Source: a virus | DNA: 64,000 nt | Reading direction: 5' to 3' (one strand) | IMG/VR virus record: IMGVR_UViG_3300044633_000631 | Coordinates: 14,741-78,740 of that record | Part shown: in pieces, positions 1 to 9,931 of the stretch | Position numbering within the stretch: the first letter of the stretch is position 1 | Layout of the letters: every line of letters starts with the position of its first letter | Translations under genes and position numbers: made by a program | Notes under the pieces: generated by a model | The model's input: only the letters and a program-made list of their open reading frames with translations | What the model was told of the DNA's origin: nothing | Database searches by the model: none

Positions 1-47
1 GCCTCAGTTACGGTAGCATTTGAATTAACACCTTTAACTAGTGCCAT
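1..47 (-). CDS. 5' end of probable head-tail connector protein (runs off window)
   Basis: ATG at 47 after AGGAGTAGG RBS, directly after the capsid stop; MALVKGVNSNATVTEA resembles the NSY-x-T-x-x-EA N-terminus of head completion proteins. Confidence 0.45.
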   Translation of the reverse strand, partial: MALVKGVNSNATVTE

Positions 48-57
48 AACCTACTCC

Positions 58-1299
58 TTAAGAATGGAATACAGGTAAGATACCTAATGATAATGCAGAA
101 GCTGTTTTACGTGTCCATGTACCACGTGCGTTAGCAATAGTACCAGTTGCAGTCAATGCTTTAGAAGTACCGCTTTCAACAACACCCATGTAATTTGCAT
201 CAGATGGGAATTCAGTTTTAGCACCATTCCAATCGTAACCAGCAGGAGATAATACATAACCCCAACGATTCCAAATAGAAGTTGTACCACCACCTTTGTA
301 TTTGTTAGCGTCACGGTAAACTTCAACTGAATCAGGAACCGTCAACTGTTCCATTGCAATCGCACCTGGCAATACAATGAATGAAGTTTTCTTATTAGCA
401 GCAAAAGTAGTTGCAGCACCAACGCCAGCACCAGTACGTAACATTGTTAATTCAGCAGCAGAAAGCGACTGAGCAGCACGTGTAGTGATTAGACGGAATT
501 TACCATTGAAGATTGTGTTAAAGTTAATGTTACCATCAACAATAGTTGTTTCATCGACAAAGTTAGCTGAACGAAATGAAGCCATAGTTTCAGGAGATAC
601 AATTAAGTACGCCCATTCTGGTTCATAATCTTTAAATGCCATACCAAATGCATTTAAGAAACCTTCAGCACGTGAAGCACCTTGATATGCATAGTTAGTA
701 ACCGCACCAGGAGCCACACCATTAGCAGTAACGATTTTCTCAGAACCAAGATCTACGTAGAAACCATATTTCTTATCTGTAGGATCGTTAGAGAATGTTT
801 GACCGCCAAGACCGGTTGAACCTGAACCTGTAGCAGCACCGTTTAATGCTTCAGCTACAGCAACACCTTTCAATACAGAAAGAATAGCATTGTGTTCGTC
901 TTGAGCGCGGGTTTCACCGAAGTCACGACCAATTTTAGCTAAGCCGTCTTGTTGTGTAACAATTTGTTGCATGTTAACTTTTTCGGCACCGTGTGTACGC
1001 ACAGTTTTAATATATGTGCTGTAGTCAGTGTCGTAATTGGTTTTGACGCCGTCTGCAGATTCAGTTAATGACGCAACGTTAATAGTTGGGTTTAACGGTT
1101 TCATCCAACGCATTTGACCAATAAAGGTTTCTGTGCTAGTATCAATTTGTGGATTAGAAGAAGTAATACCTGTGCCAGATAATTTTCTTGCATTGGTATA
1201 AGCTTCATCGCTGTAAGCACCAATTGCTTCTTGTAATACATAGTTATTTGTTAAGCCAGCCTGCATACCTGTAGGCAAGGTACTTGTTGTAACGCCCAT
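58..1299 (-). CDS. major capsid protein
   Basis: 413 aa, follows portal/MuF/scaffold; strongly biased codon usage; coat-protein-like Gly/Ala/Thr composition. Confidence 0.8.
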   Translation of the reverse strand: MGVTTSTLPTGMQAGLTNNYVLQEAIGAYSDEAYTNARKLSGTGITSSNPQIDTSTETFIGQMRWMKPLNPTINVASLTESADGVKTNYDTDYSTYIKTVRTHGAEKVNMQQIVTQQDGLAKIGRDFGETRAQDEHNAILSVLKGVAVAEALNGAATGSGSTGLGGQTFSNDPTDKKYGFYVDLGSEKIVTANGVAPGAVTNYAYQGASRAEGFLNAFGMAFKDYEPEWAYLIVSPETMASFRSANFVDETTIVDGNINFNTIFNGKFRLITTRAAQSLSAAELTMLRTGAGVGAATTFAANKKTSFIVLPGAIAMEQLTVPDSVEVYRDANKYKGGGTTSIWNRWGYVLSPAGYDWNGAKTEFPSDANYMGVVESGTSKALTATGTIANARGTWTRKTASALSLGILPVFHS

Positions 1300-1319
1300 T
1301 TTAATTTTCCTTAAAGTAT

Positions 1320-1958
1320 TTATTTCCTGCGAAGTGATCCTTCAGCAGCACGTTTAAGCACTTCATCTTGTGATAACTGGAATAAAGATTTATTCGAAGT
1401 ATCTTGAGAAGTACTGCTAGAACTTGTCTGACCGGCCCCTGTCGAAACTTTTGGTTTGAATAAGAAAGAATTGTTATCGTCTTCAGAAAATTGTTTTATA
1501 AAGGTTCTTAGATCAGTTCCTGATTTATGCACCCATACTCCATTTTCATTTTGTACAAGTTGCGATGCCACATCCATATATGCCATATCCGCAGCTTTAT
1601 CACTTCTAAACGTATATCCACTAAGAACAGATTTTACTTCTAAATCCCTAGCGAGTTCTATGTTACGTTTTGTTATCGTTTCCAATTTAGCATTGGCTTC
1701 CGCTAACTGAAGTTCATAAACTTCTTTATGTTTTCCTTCTTCTTGAAGTCTTTTTATTTCAGCTTCTTTCTCTTTTTGTTCATACTCAGCAGCTTTCTTT
1801 AACGCATTGTCTCTTTCGCTGTACGCTTTATCGAGTTTTTCTTTGATTGGTTTAAGAGCTTCTTGGATCTTCGTGTCCATATCATCCACAGGAGAATTGG
1901 TAGCAGTAGTATCCGGAGTAATATTATCAGTTTCTTTTTCTTCGACATTTTCGGTCAT
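1320..1958 (-). CDS. capsid scaffolding protein
   Basis: Likely start MTENVEE at 1958; acidic N-terminus, coiled coil, C-terminal FLFKPKVSTGAG motif; immediately upstream of capsid gene. Confidence 0.75.
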   Translation of the reverse strand: MTENVEEKETDNITPDTTATNSPVDDMDTKIQEALKPIKEKLDKAYSERDNALKKAAEYEQKEKEAEIKRLQEEGKHKEVYELQLAEANAKLETITKRNIELARDLEVKSVLSGYTFRSDKAADMAYMDVASQLVQNENGVWVHKSGTDLRTFIKQFSEDDNNSFLFKPKVSTGAGQTSSSSTSQDTSNKSLFQLSQDEVLKRAAEGSLRRK

Positions 1959-2033
1959 TTTATGTTTCCTTTGAGTACAACTCAGTGTTATAAAGTGAAT
2001 ACAATTCACCCTATAGGATATTTGTTTTTAGTA

Positions 2034-2053
2034 TTTAGGGTTAATTTAACGGG
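2034..2053 (-). promoter_or_regulatory. repeated 20-nt motif (putative phage RNAP promoter, class II), copy 1
   Basis: + strand TTTAGGGTTAATTTAACGGG, intergenic, upstream of scaffold/capsid. Confidence 0.7.
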
Positions 2054-2147
2054 TTCTATAATCCCTTAAGATAATTATCTATTAGTATATTTCTAAGGGA
2101 TAGATAATAGACTGATTAACTAAAGGGATTAAATAAAGGGGGACCGC

Positions 2148-2168
2148 TTTAGGGTTAATTTAACGGGG
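2148..2168 (-). promoter_or_regulatory. class II motif, copy 2
   Basis: + strand TTTAGGGTTAATTTAACGGGG. Confidence 0.7.
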
Positions 2169-2192
2169 TCTCTGTAAAGAACCTGTGCATTA

Positions 2193-2327
2193 TCATTTGT
2201 GTTTTGCTCCACATACAGTGCATGTGAACCCTTTCTTCTGATCTGGATTCATCACTCTCATTCCATTGCCATGAAGTTTATCCTGATTAGGATGCTGACA
2301 TGTACATCTTTTAATTTCTGCGTTCAT
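2193..2327 (-). CDS. small Cys/His (zinc-ribbon-like) protein, 44 aa, not in ORF track
   Basis: MNAEIKRCTCQHPNQDKLHGNGMRVMNPDQKKGFTCTVCGAKHK; starts 3 nt after the stop of the MuF-RNAP gene. Confidence 0.6.
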   Translation of the reverse strand: MNAEIKRCTCQHPNQDKLHGNGMRVMNPDQKKGFTCTVCGAKHK

Positions 2328-2330
2328 ATT

Positions 2331-5300
2331 TTAGCCTATACCGTAAAATCCCCAATCATCCTCAAATTTAGTAGGATCAGGAATATCGCTCATTACATCT
2401 TTCTTTGTTAAGATGTCTGCTTCTGTTAATGTTTTACCACCGACAACTGATTTACCAGCAACTGGAATTAATCCTTTATCAATAGCTTCTTCTAAATATT
2501 GATCATATAATTCTTTTGGAAAACCTCTAGCTAACATTTCATCTAAAGTAACCTTGACAGGGTTCTTATCTAGTACGTTAGCATATAGCTTTCTTATACC
2601 CTTCCGGGCCTCCAGCATATCGGCTGCATTGGCGAAAAACGCATCGTGAATGGTGCTTGTGGCAATCTTATTGTCTCGTCCCCATAAATGGAAATTCTTG
2701 ACCAACGTAGCATCGTTTGAGTGATTCCCGTTAACGGCATATGCTGTTCGTGCTTTAGTCGCGTCTGCAATGTCATTTATCTTTCCTTCAGCATTTACTA
2801 CTTGTTCCCACCAAGTGGCTTCTGTTTTCTGTTGCACTTGAACTAAATTATTAACCCAATTACCATCTTTATCTTTATAGACTAATCTTTCTTCAAATGA
2901 CTGGGTAAAGTTTTGCTCAATAACTTTTCCATCAAAATTAACCCATGGGACATTAGTCCAAGACTTGGGCAGCTTATTAGCATAAAATATTTCAAAACCT
3001 TTAGAGATATTTAATTTTTCTATAGGCTCTACTTTAAATACTTTAAATCCAGTTCTACGATCTTTTGGGCCTTTTACACCATAAATAAGATCAGCCAAGG
3101 TTCCGTCAGGTTTCCAACCATCAAATCTCTTTAAAAACTTTTCAGACAAAGCTTCTCCAGGCCTTAATCCTAATATTTCACTAACTCTATCAGGTAATAC
3201 ATAACCCTTTTTACGGGTACCTAATATACTAGTAGCGCCTATAGATTTCCAATCTAATGCAGCTTGTGAAGGCTTAGCATTAGTTAAATAATCTTCAGCT
3301 AGCCTACCAAAGAATTTAGTAAAATCTTTAAGAATAGGAACCTGCTCACCTAAATGTTCAGACATTAATTTAGCAATAGCTTGGAAGTCTTTTGGAGTGA
3401 CAACCATATCATATGAACGTGTCATCTTTTCTACTAGGTCTTTAGTAGCTGGATCAAGGAAGTATAATTGTTCCATTATCTCATCACCAGGGTCTAGTCC
3501 TTTATTAAAGATGTCTTTTACATTTTCTCTTAATTGCTTAAGTTCTGCAGTTGTTTCAGGATCAAACTTTTCATATCTTGCTGCACGTGCCGATATTTCA
3601 TTTAATACTTTGTCTCTATCACTAGCTCTAACTACTAATGTAGGTGCAAATGTTTCAGGCTTTTTAGTTACATTAATCAATTCTTCTTGTAATGCTGAAC
3701 TAAGATCTGCTATAGTCTTTTCTGTGTTTGCAGTAGCAGGTGTAAATCCTGCATCTTCTAAAGCCATTTCAGCAGCTTGTTTATTTGTCTTTAAATTATA
3801 AACACTCGCTTCATCTTTAATGATAGTGTCTTCACCAAACCTGTTTGACTTTAAAATACGTTTTTGAGCTTCTAATAATTTAAAGGCTCTTGAATCGGAA
3901 GGGACATTTAAAGATTTTAAATGCTCATCTAAAAATTCACCGAGTTCTTCAACAACTTGCATAGCAATATATTTCTTAGTATCGCCTTTTGAGCGCTGTT
4001 CAAATTTAGCTTTATTTTCAGCTATCTTTTCTTTAGAAAATTTTTCACCAGTCTTATGATCAAATGTTTTATATGTAGCACGCTCTTTTCTTTCATCTGT
4101 TAATTCAATATCAGAAGTATGTAGCCATTTAAACGTATTTTTTAATTCTGCAGGAGACAACTGACCTTTCATAGCCTTTGAAATTAACTCACCTTGCGAT
4201 TTAATAATCTCATCTACTGTGCCTACATAATTAGGATCTGTTTTATTATCAACACCTAATACTCTTAACAATCCTGCAGAATCTTGACGCTCGGATAATA
4301 AACCTTCTGTTACTTTTGTTTCAACAGGTTTTGCAGGTTTCTTTTCCAATACTTTTGCAAGTTTACCTTCAACATTAAGAATTCCAGTTCTTTCTCCAGC
4401 ACCATAAAACGTAACCATATTTTGAGCTTTTGCAGCTTTACGTAAATCTTTCTCATTTAAACCTAATCTCTCATTTAAAACTTTAAACCGAGGATCATTA
4501 AAAGTTGCAGCAGCAATTTCATCATATAGCCTGCGTTTCTGATTTGTAGGTATGACATTAGATAACGAGGCTAACTGTTTGTTCTTCGTAGTTAACGCAA
4601 TAATCTGAGCACCTGATGATGAAGCATCTTGTTCTAAAGCTAAAGCTGTTTTGTATGCATTCATAGAGCCGCCGGCTTTAAGATGATTATCTATCTTAGC
4701 AGCTTCCATAGCAAATCTCATGAACTTACCAAGTTCCTCACCTTCAATTAATTGCACCATATCTGATTCCAGAATGGCACGTAAATCTGCAGGTCTGGCT
4801 CTTAGCATTTTATTACCAAGGTCTACCATATCTGGCCACAATTTATCAGCAATCTTTTGGCGTCCAGTAAATGACAATGAATTATATCTACCTTCAAATA
4901 CATCATTTAGACCCCCCATAAAGGCACCTATCTGATCTCTGAAGTTTCTATATCCATCTTCGCCAAGAACCTTTTCTACTTCAGTATTTAAGAAAGGTCT
5001 AAATGACTCTCCCGATTGCGGACTAATAAGGCCACGATCATAGATCCTAGCCCGATGATCGACAAAAGCATGATTACTGAAAGCGTAACCATTATTTCTA
5101 AGCCAATCCATAGATTTAAATCGCTCATATGCATCACCACGAGAAGAAATATAATGTTTATACTCGTTTAAATCATTATACTTTTTAGCATTACCACGAT
5201 CATCTTCAAAGTATAGTAATTTCTGAGTAAAGTCGTAAAAGTCATTATCAATTTTATACTTGGATTTGGATGCCCAGTTAAGTGCATCTGCCATATTCTT

Positions 5301-7658
5301 GTCAACAAATTCTACAGGAAAATCTGAAAAACTATTTGTTGATGTAATAGGTATTCTAGTATCTTCTAAACCGAGGACACCATTATCAATAAAATACGTT
5401 TTATAACCCTCGCGAAATAATAACTTATTCTTATCCGTTGTTACACCGACACGAAGGCCGACATCCACTTTCCGTGTGAGCTGTGAGTATTTTTGTACAC
5501 GCGGATCAGTAACACGTATATTATATGATAAGGTGTCATAATAGGGACCAAATAAAGAACCACTAAGTCTACTTTTCATTCTTCTTTTTTGAACACCATA
5601 TGTTTCAACTTCAAAGAAATTATTAACATTTTTAGCTTCAAGTAGCTTCATACCTGTTTCATACCATTTACGTCTAGTGCCGTTCATATTAGCAAGATTA
5701 TATAAATCTCTTCCTAATGCAATAGCAAACTGGTCTCTATCAGGCATATCTGCCATACTTAGCCTGTGAGCAAACTTTAGATAAAATTGCTGTAATGCAG
5801 ATTCAGTTAAACGTTCTTTACCGTTAGGCATTCTTTTTAATACTAAAGGAATTTTGTAATCAAATGTATTACGTAACTCTCTAGCTATTTTAGGTGATAT
5901 AGTGTCTTCCCAGTTATTCTTAGCACGAATATTATCAATGAAATTATCATGTAAGTCTTGTAATTGAGTTGGACCTAATACTGGATCAATATAATTATCT
6001 TGTTTGAGTTTCTTCAATACGTTGATATCACTACGTATCTGAGTTTCAATAGCATCAGAAACATTCATTACATCAAATTTAATTTGACCTTGTACTACAG
6101 CTTTAAAATTATTCCACTGTTCACCATTATTTCTAAATCTAGTAAATAATATACGCAGGTTATCTACCACGACTGCCCTTTCATTAGATCCCATTTTCTC
6201 ACTAAGTAATTCATTAAATTCCTTAATAAATTCCTTATCTTTAGGCTTTAGAACATTACTTTGTTCTGTCAATCTTAAGTTATTATTTAGTACGGACGGA
6301 TTGGGTTGGTATAGTCTTGTATCTTCGTATCGACCTGTGACAGGATTAAAAATGAGTTGATCTTCTGTTGGAAGACTATTAAGTACTCTTGCCTTGGCAG
6401 ATTTCTTAGTATGAATAAGACCACCCCTATAATTAGTGAGTGATAATGTACCGTCTAATTCACCTGATTGCAGTAAATAATAATCTTTAAGTGTTTGTAT
6501 AAGCTTAGTGTTGCCAATTAAATCATCAGGTGTCATGATTGGAAGTTGCATAGCATCAAGTTTAGCTTTAGCATTAGCAAACTTTTTTGTATCATTTGGC
6601 AGTGTATATGTGGGATCGGTCATCCGTCTTAATTCTTTAATCCCAATAGAATTACCTTCGGGATTAGTAAACTGATCTAAGGTAAGCTGCCCGCTTTGGA
6701 ACATACTAACTTTTTTATAATCACCTAAATGCCTTAATTGTACATCTTGTGGCTGACGCTTTAGCCAATCATTGTATGATTCTCTAAGTGGTGTATTACC
6801 GTCATAAAAAGCCTTTTGAGCATCAGTTAAGTTCTCAATATTTCTACGTCTTACTTGTGCTACGCTTTCTAAATCTGCTATATCGCTCCATGATTTAAAT
6901 ACAGGAACTGTTGTAGATCTACAATGCCAATGTGCTGGTGGGAGATGTGTTGTATCGCTAATCGGATAAATTTCACCATCTCTATGGGCACATACTGGGG
7001 TTGTTCGTGCGTCAAGGACAGCAACATATTGCCATCCTTGTAACGCTTTTTCATTTGCTTTATAAATAGCATGATCAGCCTGAGAGGATACAGCTGTAAT
7101 GGCTGTTATTACCAGACCTTTCGACTGCATGCGAGTTATATTATGTACATTTCCTGCACGTACTTGTAGAGCTATTTCATCTACGCTTTTTCCGTCAGCT
7201 ATACCCTTACGTATAACTGCTTCTAATCTAATTTTTTCATTCTTGGCAATACCTGACCATCCCTGTTCCATTGTACCATTTTCGCTTAATGGATTTTTAA
7301 GTACAATTTCTTCAGAGATTCTATTTTTAGGTCTTTCAGTACGCCATATTTTACCCATTGCCACTTCAACTTTTTGATAAGCATATGAGAGTTGATCTGA
7401 GACAAGTGATGAAAGATCTTTTTGAACAGAATTATTAATTGACTTATAAGTCTTTCTTAACTCTTGATCAACTGCTTCTCTGAATCTTTCAAAACCCCTG
7501 CCTGATAGTTCAGCATCTTTAATTAATTTATCTAGTCTAACAACATGACCATCAATTACTAAATCAACTTTACCAGAGACTCTTCTCTCATACAGACGGA
7601 TCATTGCTGCGCGATCTAGTGTTTTGTCGTATATTTGTGTATTACTATTAATGGTCAT
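2331..7658 (-). CDS. MuF/SPP1 gp7-like minor head protein fused to a T7-family single-subunit RNA polymerase (putative virion RNAP)
   Basis: N-terminal ~350 aa: WQYVAVLDARTTPVC..RDG..PPAHWHCRSTTVPV (MuF). C-terminal: DHRARIY, motif A EQDASSSGAQ, motif B RKAAKAQNMVTFYG, NGNHSNDA, motif C TIHDAF. Confidence 0.9.
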   Translation of the reverse strand: MTINSNTQIYDKTLDRAAMIRLYERRVSGKVDLVIDGHVVRLDKLIKDAELSGRGFERFREAVDQELRKTYKSINNSVQKDLSSLVSDQLSYAYQKVEVAMGKIWRTERPKNRISEEIVLKNPLSENGTMEQGWSGIAKNEKIRLEAVIRKGIADGKSVDEIALQVRAGNVHNITRMQSKGLVITAITAVSSQADHAIYKANEKALQGWQYVAVLDARTTPVCAHRDGEIYPISDTTHLPPAHWHCRSTTVPVFKSWSDIADLESVAQVRRRNIENLTDAQKAFYDGNTPLRESYNDWLKRQPQDVQLRHLGDYKKVSMFQSGQLTLDQFTNPEGNSIGIKELRRMTDPTYTLPNDTKKFANAKAKLDAMQLPIMTPDDLIGNTKLIQTLKDYYLLQSGELDGTLSLTNYRGGLIHTKKSAKARVLNSLPTEDQLIFNPVTGRYEDTRLYQPNPSVLNNNLRLTEQSNVLKPKDKEFIKEFNELLSEKMGSNERAVVVDNLRILFTRFRNNGEQWNNFKAVVQGQIKFDVMNVSDAIETQIRSDINVLKKLKQDNYIDPVLGPTQLQDLHDNFIDNIRAKNNWEDTISPKIARELRNTFDYKIPLVLKRMPNGKERLTESALQQFYLKFAHRLSMADMPDRDQFAIALGRDLYNLANMNGTRRKWYETGMKLLEAKNVNNFFEVETYGVQKRRMKSRLSGSLFGPYYDTLSYNIRVTDPRVQKYSQLTRKVDVGLRVGVTTDKNKLLFREGYKTYFIDNGVLGLEDTRIPITSTNSFSDFPVEFVDKNMADALNWASKSKYKIDNDFYDFTQKLLYFEDDRGNAKKYNDLNEYKHYISSRGDAYERFKSMDWLRNNGYAFSNHAFVDHRARIYDRGLISPQSGESFRPFLNTEVEKVLGEDGYRNFRDQIGAFMGGLNDVFEGRYNSLSFTGRQKIADKLWPDMVDLGNKMLRARPADLRAILESDMVQLIEGEELGKFMRFAMEAAKIDNHLKAGGSMNAYKTALALEQDASSSGAQIIALTTKNKQLASLSNVIPTNQKRRLYDEIAAATFNDPRFKVLNERLGLNEKDLRKAAKAQNMVTFYGAGERTGILNVEGKLAKVLEKKPAKPVETKVTEGLLSERQDSAGLLRVLGVDNKTDPNYVGTVDEIIKSQGELISKAMKGQLSPAELKNTFKWLHTSDIELTDERKERATYKTFDHKTGEKFSKEKIAENKAKFEQRSKGDTKKYIAMQVVEELGEFLDEHLKSLNVPSDSRAFKLLEAQKRILKSNRFGEDTIIKDEASVYNLKTNKQAAEMALEDAGFTPATANTEKTIADLSSALQEELINVTKKPETFAPTLVVRASDRDKVLNEISARAARYEKFDPETTAELKQLRENVKDIFNKGLDPGDEIMEQLYFLDPATKDLVEKMTRSYDMVVTPKDFQAIAKLMSEHLGEQVPILKDFTKFFGRLAEDYLTNAKPSQAALDWKSIGATSILGTRKKGYVLPDRVSEILGLRPGEALSEKFLKRFDGWKPDGTLADLIYGVKGPKDRRTGFKVFKVEPIEKLNISKGFEIFYANKLPKSWTNVPWVNFDGKVIEQNFTQSFEERLVYKDKDGNWVNNLVQVQQKTEATWWEQVVNAEGKINDIADATKARTAYAVNGNHSNDATLVKNFHLWGRDNKIATSTIHDAFFANAADMLEARKGIRKLYANVLDKNPVKVTLDEMLARGFPKELYDQYLEEAIDKGLIPVAGKSVVGGKTLTEADILTKKDVMSDIPDPTKFEDDWGFYGIG

Positions 7659-7677
7659 TTGGTATTCCTAGATTAAA

Positions 7678-9276
7678 TTATTCCTTCATAGGTTTTGGTT
7701 TACTACCTGCAGCAGCCGCTTCTGACTGCATAGCATATTGATCATTATATTTTGTTGCAGCAGGAATGATTAATTCATCAGCGTTTACTTCTTGTAATGC
7801 GGCTTCATCATCATATTCAGAATCAAGAATATCATTTGCTTTTAACATCTGTAACCACACGCTTCTTGGTAATAAACCTGATTGATACCATTGAGTAACA
7901 AGATTCAACCAATCAGCACCTAAAGGCACTGGATCAAAATCTGCGGATAAATTAAACACAATATCACATGAATCAATTTGCAGGCCATATCTCCAGTTAA
8001 CCATTAAGCCTATTACTTGCTTTAATGTACTAGAGATTTTTGTACTCAACACACTTAATTGTGCCGTTTGAGCAGCATTACGAATTTCTAATGCAATACC
8101 TGATTGTTCATTTTCAGTTGTAAGCATTCTAATGCCAAGTTTAGCCATTTCATCAATAGATGCTTCAATAGCTTTTTGCATATCTTGTAATGCGTCTGTG
8201 GGTGTTTTTAAGACATCTGCTTTATCATCTTGGCGTAATCTTATCCAAGACCCTAATCCAGCGTCTACAATTTCATCAAATTGTTCATCAGGCATATCTG
8301 ACATAATAACAGGTGTATAAGTAGCTGCACCGTATAGTAAATGATTTCGTCTACTAATTTTATTATATAGGCTAATCTCTTTATCTACGATAGGCATTAA
8401 TAATGGCATAATAGGTTCTATATTACCATTAACAGGCCATGCAGGAATATGCTTTAGCGGTTCCCCGTTATTAAGTATATTGTCAAATGTTTCTATTAAT
8501 TCAAAATGGCCTGAAGGTAGTAATTGCTGCGCTTTCTCACCAATACCCCCTATTTTAAGAGTTTGATCACCATTATCTTTAGTTGTGCCCATGAACTTGC
8601 GGATTTGGTAATTACCTTGTTCGTTTAACTCATGCACCCATACCGTAGGGACTCTCAGAGCATGGAATTCATTAGTAGTATAATCTTCTGAGTAACCTTT
8701 AACAATTACATATTTTAAAACTGTTTTACCAAATACATCTACAGTTGTTGCCCAATTAACAATTGTTTCAGCTTTTTGCAAAATAGGATATGGTTTAATC
8801 ATATCTCTAGTTTCTTTATCTAAGTTCTCAACATCATTAACGGATGGGTGGTCTACAAATACCCATGCACGGGATGTATTGATCTCTTCCCACAATAGTT
8901 CATCAAGAAATGCCACTAGTGTAGAGTCATCACGTCCGATATTGTTGATAAGCCAATCTTTAGCTTCTTCAGGAACTTCATCTGGTAATGTCAATATAGG
9001 AGCTTTTCTTAATAAACCCCCAACAAGCATCTTAGCAAATTGTGCAGTAATGCCTGGTAATTCAGCTTCTGACTTATAAAAGTCATATTGAGCTTGGCTC
9101 ATTGTTGTAGAGAAGGGTATCAGCAAATTGCTAAATCTAATTAGATCAATATACTGATCCAACTCTTTTACAGTACGTTCCCCATTGCATACAGCACGTG
9201 CCTTATTCCACGAAGGTTTAAGATACTCATACGCTTGACAAGGATCCGCAACTGTCTTAGTAGGGCCGTATGTCAT
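7678..9276 (-). CDS. portal protein (DUF4055-like)
   Basis: 532 aa; Y-x-x-Y-K-x-x-A N-terminal motif, ESGIALEIR-like motif (EQSGIALEIR); position upstream of MuF. Confidence 0.8.
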   Translation of the reverse strand: MTYGPTKTVADPCQAYEYLKPSWNKARAVCNGERTVKELDQYIDLIRFSNLLIPFSTTMSQAQYDFYKSEAELPGITAQFAKMLVGGLLRKAPILTLPDEVPEEAKDWLINNIGRDDSTLVAFLDELLWEEINTSRAWVFVDHPSVNDVENLDKETRDMIKPYPILQKAETIVNWATTVDVFGKTVLKYVIVKGYSEDYTTNEFHALRVPTVWVHELNEQGNYQIRKFMGTTKDNGDQTLKIGGIGEKAQQLLPSGHFELIETFDNILNNGEPLKHIPAWPVNGNIEPIMPLLMPIVDKEISLYNKISRRNHLLYGAATYTPVIMSDMPDEQFDEIVDAGLGSWIRLRQDDKADVLKTPTDALQDMQKAIEASIDEMAKLGIRMLTTENEQSGIALEIRNAAQTAQLSVLSTKISSTLKQVIGLMVNWRYGLQIDSCDIVFNLSADFDPVPLGADWLNLVTQWYQSGLLPRSVWLQMLKANDILDSEYDDEAALQEVNADELIIPAATKYNDQYAMQSEAAAAGSKPKPMKE

Positions 9277-9277
9277 A

Positions 9278-9478
9278 CTAAGCCTCTAATAGTCTATTAA
9301 ATTCAACAATAGTGCCTTCAAAATATTCATTTGTCACGCTATTCAAAGCTGTGATTTCCTCTTCAACTTCAGTAGGTGTAATATTCCAGTTAGATGTAAT
9401 TTTATTTACAAATTCTTTTGGTTGTACCTTTGCCATAACTTTAGGGGCTACGGTTAATGTTTCTTGCTGATCTGCCAT
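9278..9478 (-). CDS. hypothetical protein
   Basis: 66-aa ORF tightly packed between lysozyme and portal. Confidence 0.6.
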   Translation of the reverse strand: MADQQETLTVAPKVMAKVQPKEFVNKITSNWNITPTEVEEEITALNSVTNEYFEGTIVEFNRLLEA

Positions 9479-9479
9479 T

Positions 9480-9929
9480 TTATTTTCCTAAAAATTTAGT
9501 TGATTCACGTTTACGTCTATTGGTTAAGCCTGGAACGACTTTACCTTCATCTTTATTCCATCTAAGGAATTGAGCAGCTACTTGATCTTTAGGTGCCCCT
9601 GCATTGAGTCGCTTCAATAATGTAGAACCTTTAAAAGCGGCTACACCTACATTATATGTAAATTCTACTAATGCATCAAATTCGTTTTGTGTTAACGGTA
9701 CAGTTACGTTTTTATCAACTGCACTTGTGTATTGCTTAAGGGTAACTTTGAAAAGTTGTAACGCTCGCTCCTTAGTAATGGGAGCATCCTTTAATGTGAC
9801 TCTAGTACCATTCTCATAGAAAGTACTACCAAAGCCAATAGTAGGGACGCCCTCACCATCTGGATACGGTTGCGATCTAAACCCTTCAGAACCTTTTAAG
9901 TCTTCTGCGCCTTTATCGCTAAGTTCCAT
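9480..9929 (-). CDS. endolysin, GH24 lysozyme
   Basis: EGFRSQPYPDGEGVPTIGFGST (E-x8-D-x5-T), LTQNEFDALVEFTYNVG, GLTNRRKRE. Confidence 0.93.
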   Translation of the reverse strand: MELSDKGAEDLKGSEGFRSQPYPDGEGVPTIGFGSTFYENGTRVTLKDAPITKERALQLFKVTLKQYTSAVDKNVTVPLTQNEFDALVEFTYNVGVAAFKGSTLLKRLNAGAPKDQVAAQFLRWNKDEGKVVPGLTNRRKRESTKFLGK

Positions 9930-9931
9930 AA

